From the NCBI RefSeq assembly GCF_003231495.1, contig NZ_PQWO01000035.1, positions 1,232 to 33,231 of the forward strand: a stretch of DNA of 32,000 nt, in the 5' to 3' direction. Under the pieces are notes generated by a model. The model was not told the origin of the DNA and did no database searches. It was given only the letters and a program-made list of their open reading frames with translations. Both the position numbers and the translations under genes were made by a program. The DNA is from Acaryochloris thomasi RCC1774 (lineage in GTDB: Bacteria; Cyanobacteriota; Cyanobacteriia; Thermosynechococcales; Thermosynechococcaceae). Shown here piece after piece: positions 26,405 to 32,000 of this stretch. Numbering within the stretch: the stretch's first letter is position 1; each line of letters begins with the position of its first letter.

Positions 26405-29311
26405 ATGAGCAATCAAAAAGTTAGGATTTACGAGCTGTCGCGGGAATTAAATTTGGATAATAAAGATATTCTGGCCGTATGTGACCAGTTAGACATTGCG
26501 GTCAAGAATCATAGCAGTACGATTACGGAGTCTGAGGCTGAAAAAATCCGCAAAAAGGCGGTTTCTATTTCTACCTCCACTCCTGTAAAGCCTAAGCGCC
26601 CTGCTCCACCACCTCAGTCAAGCCCCAGTCCTCGCAAATCTTCTTCACCTCCCAAGCCGATGAAGAAGGATCGACCGCGTAAGCAGCAGATTCTTGAGAT
26701 TCGTAAGCGTTCGTCAAAGTCTGATGAATTTGTTGGATCTGCCTCCACTAGTTCTGCTTCTACGGATGATTCTGTGGCTAAGCCCCCTGCGCCTAAGCCG
26801 GTCCGACCTCAAGTGTCGCCTCCGGTAAAGCCTAAATCTCCAGGGAGTCGGGTCTCGGCGTCTTCTCCAGAGCCAACTGAAACCAGGGCTACGCCGCCGC
26901 CTATCTATTCAAAGCCTGCGCCTCAGCTATTACGCAAGCCCGCTGTGAAAGGTCCCGGAGCGCCCTCTAAGTCGGAGGATTCCGCATCGCCAGAGCGCCC
27001 AACTCAGCCGAAGCCACCGGTCCCGACTCTGATGAGTCAACCTCGGCGTCCGCAAAAGCCTGCACCGGTTTCTGCGAAAACAGCAGATACCGAATCTGAG
27101 GCTTCAAGTTCAGGCGCAGATGGGATGGAGCTTGACAGCACTGTTGCAGTCCTCGAACCAAAGCCCATTCCACGATTAGTGAATCGTCACAAGCGACCTA
27201 AGTCGAAGGTTGATGATGATGATTCGCTCGAAGACAAGCTGGGTAAATCATCCAAGGCCGCGAAGCAAAAGCGCAGATCGAAAAAGACCGTTGATGATGA
27301 TGATGAAGATCTGCTAACGACAGATGATGGTACTCAAGCCACTGTGGACGTCAGTCGTTCCTTGGTTCGCCCTCCTAAGCCAAAAACAGCTGCAACGAAA
27401 CAGTCTCGTCCTATGGTGACGGCAACTCGCAGCAGCAATAGAAAGGGCCGTCGTAGGGGTAGCCGAAACCGAGATCGTCAGCAACAGCAACAGCAACAGG
27501 CCATCGAAGAACGGCCAACGCTGTTGACCTTAGCTACTGATCTGACCGTACAGGAATTGGCCTTAGAGCTGAAGTTGCCTGAAACGGAAGTCATTAAAAC
27601 TTTGTTTATTAAGGGTATTGCAGCAAATATTAACCAAACTCTGGATATCGAAACCGCTGAAATGGTCGCCCAAGAGCTGGGCTACGAAGTAGAGACCGTC
27701 GAAGAAGAGTCAATGGCTCGCAAAGTAACAGAGATGATTGATGTAGAAGATCTAGAGAATCTTCAACGCCGTCCTCCTGTTGTTACGATTATGGGTCATG
27801 TTGATCATGGTAAGACTACACTTCTTGACTCTATTCGGGAAACCAAAGTTGCTCAGGGTGAAGCGGGCGGCATTACCCAGCATATTGGTGCGTACCATGT
27901 TGACCTCACCCACAATGATGAAGTTCAGCAAGTCGTATTCCTAGATACTCCGGGGCATGAAGCCTTTACTGCGATGCGAGCTCGCGGAACACGGGTTACG
28001 GACATCGCTATTCTTGTGGTTGCTGCAGATGATGGCGTTAGACCCCAAACCGTTGAGGCCATTAGTCATGCGCGGGCAGCCAAAGTGCCGATCATTGTTG
28101 CTATCAACAAAATTGATAAAGAAGGCGCGCAACTCGATCGTGTCCGTCAAGAGCTGACTGAGTATGAGCTTGTTGCTGAGGATTGGGGTGGTGAGACCAT
28201 CATGGTCCCAGTGAGTGCTTTGAAGGGCGAAAATCTAGACGCGCTGCTAGAGATGGTTCTCTTGGTAGCTGAGGTCGAAGATCTCCACGCCAATCCTAAT
28301 CGTCCTGCGAAGGGAACCGTCATTGAGGCTCACTTGGACAAAGCTCGCGGTCCTGTGGCTAGCTTCCTGATTCAGAATGGAACCTTGAAGGTGGGTGATA
28401 CGCTCGTTGCCGGTTCTGTTTTGGGTAAAGTGAGAGCGATGATTGATGATCGTGGCGAGCGGGTTCAGCAAGCTGGACCTTCCTTTGCTGTCGAAGTCTT
28501 GGGTCTCAGCGATGTTCCTGCTGCTGGTGATGAGTTTGAGGTCTTTGGAGACGATAAGTCAGCTCGATCTGTCGCTAATGATCGCTCAGATCAGCAACGA
28601 CAAACTCGACTGCAGCAGGCGATGGCCTCTCGCCGAGTTTCGCTCAATGCCTTTTCTGATCAAGCCCGAGAAGGAGAGCTTAAAGAGCTTAATCTGATTT
28701 TGAAGGCCGATGTTCAGGGATCTGTAGAAGCGATTTTGGGCTCTCTGGGGCAGCTTCCTCAGGATGAAGTTCAGGTGAGGGTTCTGCTCTCTGCACCGGG
28801 TGAGATTAGTGAAACGGATGTCGACCTCGCTGCCGCTAGTAGTGCTGTGATTATTGGCTTCAATACCAGCCTCGCAACAGGTGCGCGTCAAGCTGCGGAT
28901 AAAGCAGGTGTTGACATTCGCGAGTACTCAATTATCTACAACTTGCTTGAAGATATTGAGGGGGCGATGGAGGGCTTGCTAGAGCCAGAACTTGTAGAGG
29001 AACCCTTGGGCCAAGTCGAAGTGCGTGCTGTCTTCCCTGCTGGACGTGGTGCTGTTGCAGGTTGCTATGTCCAGTCGGGCAAGTTAGTTCGCAACTGTCG
29101 CATCAGGGTGCATCGTAATGGTGAAGTTGTCCGTGAGGGCATTCTAGACTCGCTGAAGCGTATGAAGGAGGATGCCCGAGAGGTCAATGCAGGCTATGAA
29201 TGTGGTGTCGGCTTAGATGGCTTTAAGGACTGGAAGGAAGGAGACGCCATTGAGTCTTTTCAACTGGTTACGAAGCGCCGGACCTTGTCTCCTGCAAGTT
29301 CAAGCTCGTGA
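26405..29311 (+). CDS. infB: Translation initiation factor IF-2
   Basis: The G domain contains '[14 protein letters not shown]', 'DTPGHEAF' and 'AINKID'. The long Pro/Lys-rich N-terminal region is typical of cyanobacterial IF-2. Length is 968 aa. Confidence 0.97.
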   Translation: MSNQKVRIYELSRELNLDNKDILAVCDQLDIAVKNHSSTITESEAEKIRKKAVSISTSTPVKPKRPAPPPQSSPSPRKSSSPPKPMKKDRPRKQQILEIRKRSSKSDEFVGSASTSSASTDDSVAKPPAPKPVRPQVSPPVKPKSPGSRVSASSPEPTETRATPPPIYSKPAPQLLRKPAVKGPGAPSKSEDSASPERPTQPKPPVPTLMSQPRRPQKPAPVSAKTADTESEASSSGADGMELDSTVAVLEPKPIPRLVNRHKRPKSKVDDDDSLEDKLGKSSKAAKQKRRSKKTVDDDDEDLLTTDDGTQATVDVSRSLVRPPKPKTAATKQSRPMVTATRSSNRKGRRRGSRNRDRQQQQQQQAIEERPTLLTLATDLTVQELALELKLPETEVIKTLFIKGIAANINQTLDIETAEMVAQELGYEVETVEEESMARKVTEMIDVEDLENLQRRPPVVTIMGHVDHGKTTLLDSIRETKVAQGEAGGITQHIGAYHVDLTHNDEVQQVVFLDTPGHEAFTAMRARGTRVTDIAILVVAADDGVRPQTVEAISHARAAKVPIIVAINKIDKEGAQLDRVRQELTEYELVAEDWGGETIMVPVSALKGENLDALLEMVLLVAEVEDLHANPNRPAKGTVIEAHLDKARGPVASFLIQNGTLKVGDTLVAGSVLGKVRAMIDDRGERVQQAGPSFAVEVLGLSDVPAAGDEFEVFGDDKSARSVANDRSDQQRQTRLQQAMASRRVSLNAFSDQAREGELKELNLILKADVQGSVEAILGSLGQLPQDEVQVRVLLSAPGEISETDVDLAAASSAVIIGFNTSLATGARQAADKAGVDIREYSIIYNLLEDIEGAMEGLLEPELVEEPLGQVEVRAVFPAGRGAVAGCYVQSGKLVRNCRIRVHRNGEVVREGILDSLKRMKEDAREVNAGYECGVGLDGFKDWKEGDAIESFQLVTKRRTLSPASSSS

Positions 29312-29551
29312 CTTCGATGAATTGTTCTTTCTTGATGCCTGACTAGAAAGAATTCCGTAGCCTTGATAACGGTTTGTGGCCCCTATTTCCATTACCCTGA
29401 AAACAGGGGCTAAATGAGGGGTCACACTTGCCGTTCAATTACATGCCTGAAGGTGGCTGGAGCGGTGACAGTGATTTCTACCTCTCCTAAAACTTTGCGC
29501 TATCGTAAAGAAAGCATTAAATTATTGCTCAAGCATGGGTGACTTTTGATT

Positions 29552-29761
29552 ATGGCTCATATCCAATCTCATTCATCTAATCAAAAACAGGTCAAGACAT
29601 CAGAGGCTGTTTGGCCGCATCTACGGCGCGTTATCTCTAAGAGCTCGGGCTTTAAGCACTGGGTGCTTGAACACGGTTTAGATAGTAATGCTAAAGACAA
29701 TGCTCTAGATACTTTAGTTCACTCATACCTACGTCAGACCCTAGAAACGTTAGCCTACTAA
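29552..29761 (+). CDS. Hypothetical small protein (69 aa from ATG 29552)
   Basis: This is the only ORF of at least 60 aa between infB and tRNA-Ser. I recognise no motif, and coding status rests on ORF length only. Confidence 0.3.
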   Translation: MAHIQSHSSNQKQVKTSEAVWPHLRRVISKSSGFKHWVLEHGLDSNAKDNALDTLVHSYLRQTLETLAY

Positions 29762-30352
29762 GTATCTTAGTGAGCTAGAGATACGGCTAATTCAGCATCA
29801 CCTTGGTTAGGATGCCGAGTGCTTTTCATTAGTGATTGCCTGGGGTATTGTTCCTGCTGTCCCTGTGAGCGCATTGCGAAGACTTGCTAGTTTAACAGGC
29901 CTGTGAATGTGGGTTGTTTCGCTATGCGTCTGCTCACGTTCTGCATCAGTCCTTGTGCTTGAGGTGACTGAAGACGCTGGCCTGAACGCCTATGCTTTGA
30001 CGCCAGTCTATCGTGCTGCGGATCTCTGAAAAATAAATAGCTCTTTGTTTCGCTGTGGCGTTCTAATTTTGTTAATTGGCTCGAGCTGTTGCAGATACAT
30101 CTGTCGGCAAGCTACGTGATTCAAGCTCTGAAGGGTCAGATTCTCCACCGCTTGCTGCGTGACAAATTGCAGCGTCCGAAGGACGCTGTTGAATGGAGTT
30201 GAGCCACGAAGTGTGTGAGCTGAGTGAAGTGATACCCCGTCCGCTTGCGGCGGGGATGTTCATTCGTTGGTTGTGATGCAGCCATTGATGCTGACATGCC
30301 CGAGCCCCATGCTGTCACTCACCAGCAGCGACTTCTCTAATTTAAATTGGAA

Positions 30353-30437
30353 CGGAGAGGGAGGGATTCGAACCCTCGTTAAGTTGCCCTAAACAGCATT
30401 TCCAGTGCTGCGCCTTCAACCACTCGGCCACCTCTCC
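30353..30437 (-). tRNA. tRNA-Ser (anticodon GGA)
   Basis: The reverse complement folds as a cloverleaf. The acceptor stem is GGAGAGG/CCTCTCC. The anticodon stem CAGCA/TGCTG carries the loop CTGGAAA. There is a long variable arm and a T arm GAGGG-TTCGAAT-CCCTC. Length is 85 nt and CCA is not encoded. Confidence 0.93.
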
Positions 30438-30504
30438 AGAGGTATACTGATTACTCAGCCTAGGATAGCTATGCTAACAGAATGTGCGAGATGACGAAAC
30501 CCAG

Positions 30505-30870
30505 ATGACCATTTTTACTGTTCATGTTCGAGATCGCCAGAATCAACAGGACTATCAAATCCAGGCCGATAGCGATCGCTACATCCTTGAAAGTGCAGAG
30601 GCCCAGGGCTTGCGCCTGCCTTTTGCCTGTCGTAATGGTGCCTGCACGACCTGTGCCGTGAGGGTAATCTCTGGCGATCTACATCAACCTCAAGCAATGG
30701 GGCTATCAGAAGAGCTGCAGAAGCAGGGATATGCGCTGCTTTGCGTTAGCTATCCCCAAGCTGAACTGGTGGTGGAGACGCAGGATGAGGATGAAGTCTA
30801 TGAACTGCAGTTTGGACGCTACTTTGGTAAAGGTCCAGTCCGTCGAGGTTTGCCGTTAGATGAAGAATGA
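30505..30870 (+). CDS. Plant-type [2Fe-2S] ferredoxin with C-terminal extension
   Basis: The cluster ligands are 'CRNGACTTCAVRV' (C-x4-C-x2-C) plus 'LLCVSYP'. Length is 121 aa from ATG 30505. Confidence 0.85.
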   Translation: MTIFTVHVRDRQNQQDYQIQADSDRYILESAEAQGLRLPFACRNGACTTCAVRVISGDLHQPQAMGLSEELQKQGYALLCVSYPQAELVVETQDEDEVYELQFGRYFGKGPVRRGLPLDEE

Positions 30871-31693
30871 TATGGACGTTGAGCCAAATCTGGCAGTGCT
30901 TTTAGATGTTGCTACTGAAGCTGCTCAAGCAGGCGGTGCGGTTTTACATTCCTATTGGGGCAAACTAGAGAATATTCGTGAAAAAGGTCGGCCAGGGGAT
31001 CTGATAACGGAGGCGGATCAGGCGGCGGAGGCGGCTGTGTTGGCTGTTATTAAGCGCTATTGCCCTGATCATCAAATTTTGGCAGAGGAGTCGGGGGCAC
31101 TGGGCAACCCAGATAGTCCCTATCTCTGGGCTGTTGATCCTTTAGATGGGACCACTAACTATGCCCATCAGTATCCCTTCTCTGCGACATCTGTGGCTCT
31201 GTTGATTCAGGGGGGGCCACAGGTGGGTGCTATTTATGATCCGTTTCATCGAGAGTTGTTTCGGGCGGCAAAGGGTTTGGGAGCAACTCGTAATCGCCAA
31301 CCGATCCATGTCTCTAAAACTGATAAATTGGCTCAAAGCTTGCTGGTCACCGGGTTTGCCTACGATCGTCGTGAAACGAAAGATAATAATTATGCTGAGT
31401 TTTGTCGTATGACTCATCTGACGCAGGGGGTGCGCCGTGGGGGTGCGGCTTGTCTTGATTTAGCCTATGTCGCCTGTGGTCGTCTTGATGGTTATTGGGA
31501 GCGGGGACTTTCTCCCTGGGATATTGCGGCTGGTATTATTTTGGTCGAGGAGGCGGGGGGCATTGTCACGGCCTATAACCAAGGCCCACAGCGCCTCAAT
31601 ACAGGGCGTTTGCTGGCAACCAATGGTCTAATCCACCAATCGTTAAGTCAAGAGCTGCTGCAGGTTGAGCCAATGGTCTTTAATCTTGAATAA
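30860..31693 (+). CDS. Inositol monophosphatase family protein (SuhB-like)
   Basis: Contains 'EESG', 'WAVDPLDGTTNY' and 'WDIAAGIILVEEAGG'. The start is either ATG 30860 (11-nt overlap with the ferredoxin gene) or ATG 30872. Confidence 0.88.
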   Translation: MKNDMDVEPNLAVLLDVATEAAQAGGAVLHSYWGKLENIREKGRPGDLITEADQAAEAAVLAVIKRYCPDHQILAEESGALGNPDSPYLWAVDPLDGTTNYAHQYPFSATSVALLIQGGPQVGAIYDPFHRELFRAAKGLGATRNRQPIHVSKTDKLAQSLLVTGFAYDRRETKDNNYAEFCRMTHLTQGVRRGGAACLDLAYVACGRLDGYWERGLSPWDIAAGIILVEEAGGIVTAYNQGPQRLNTGRLLATNGLIHQSLSQELLQVEPMVFNLE

Positions 31694-31803
31694 TAGGGTT
31701 AATCGTTTTAATATTTTGTGAATGTCAGGTTGCCATCTGCCGCGTTTCTCTGGGGTTTAACGCCTACCTTAAGTTTTATCCATAATATTCTGGTATACGT
31801 CAC

Positions 31804-31896
31804 ATGTCTTTTGAGATTACTCGTGGAATAGCTGCATATGACTGTCCAGATCACTATGCTGTTTTAGGTGTTGCCCTAGGGCGTGTCATCAATTAA
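31804..31896 (+). pseudogene. 5' remnant of a J-domain (DnaJ-like) gene truncated by an IS insertion
   Basis: '...DCPDHYAVLGV' is the canonical start of J-domain helix I. The frame then runs into the IS end and stops after 7 unrelated codons, with no HPD motif. Confidence 0.5.
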
Positions 31897-32000
31897 GCCA
31901 TATAACAGAGGCTGCTAGGTAAATAGCTCCTAGAAAATTGACGGCTCGTTTATCGTAGCGTGTGGCAATTGCCCGATACTGCTTGATCTTGGCAAAAAAG
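31889..32000 (-). mobile_element. 3' end of a DDE transposase gene (IS5-family type); the element continues beyond the window
   Basis: Minus-strand translation gives FFAKIKQYRAIATRYDKRAVNFLGAIYLAASVIWLN*. The 'RxIATRYDK...NFL......W' C-terminal block is characteristic of IS5-group transposases. The IS terminus must lie between about 31873 and 31888. Confidence 0.7.

Noticed and set aside
29325-29352. 8-bp hairpin ttctttct...agaaagaa after infB, and a gcccct...aggggc stem at about 29388-29419
   Set aside because: The first stem is almost entirely A-U with a 12-nt loop and no U tract. The second has a 20-nt loop. Neither is a convincing terminator or a known RNA motif.
30072-30318. Two overlapping 60-63-aa minus-strand ORFs next to tRNA-Ser
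   Set aside because: They overlap each other in different frames, are Ser/Arg/Ala-rich and carry no motifs. They are treated as part of the possible pseudogene or ncRNA region rather than as genes.
29762-30352. Checked the ORF-free region for tmRNA, RNase P RNA, SRP RNA and Yfr1-type motifs
   Set aside because: I could find no GAGGAAAGUCC-type P4 sequence, no tRNA-like 3' end with a TTCGA T-loop other than the tRNA-Ser itself, no SRP GGAA tetraloop helix and no ACUCCUCACAC box.
1-32000. Searched for CRISPR arrays, rRNA genes, additional tRNAs and long direct repeats
   Set aside because: I saw no regularly spaced repeats, no rRNA-like conserved blocks and no second cloverleaf candidate. A manual scan cannot exclude short or degenerate repeats.

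Overview
This window is a cyanobacterial chromosome segment. Three things show that: 14 perfect copies of the HIP1 palindrome GCGATCGC, a petN gene, and a front-end acyl-lipid desaturase. G+C is roughly 50-60 % in the lines I counted.

Most of the window is housekeeping genes: nadK, petN, argS, desD-like, pyrD, secG, gpmI, fumC, smpB, rimP-nusA-infB, tRNA-Ser(GGA), a plant-type ferredoxin, an IMPase-family protein, an AMIN-domain cell-wall amidase and a DUF4212 + sodium:solute symporter pair.

The accessory content is limited:
- A left-hand islet (about 439-5619) holds HicAB, an AT-rich orphan membrane-protein gene, a dedicated ECF transporter (S, T and a fused A-A ATPase) and a DUF1778/GNAT (TacAT-like) module with a promoter-spanning inverted repeat.
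- An AT-rich two-gene operon (16597-17495) encodes a 3-TM protein and a protein carrying the Coq4-type HDxxH-x11-E motif. It is followed by 620 bp of very AT-rich, ORF-free DNA.
- An ORF-poor, hairpin-rich 590-bp stretch lies at the 3' side of tRNA-Ser.
- An IS5-family-type transposase 3' end at the right window edge cuts a J-domain gene.

Three small genes fall below the 60-aa ORF-track cutoff: petN, and candidates of 59 and 47 aa.

I found no CRISPR array, no rRNA and no recognisable multi-gene defence system. The most unusual items are hypotheses from sequence reading only and need database and structure searches. They are the Coq4-like operon, a pore-less voltage-sensor-like 484-aa protein, the tRNA-adjacent ORF-free region and the orphan AT-rich membrane protein.
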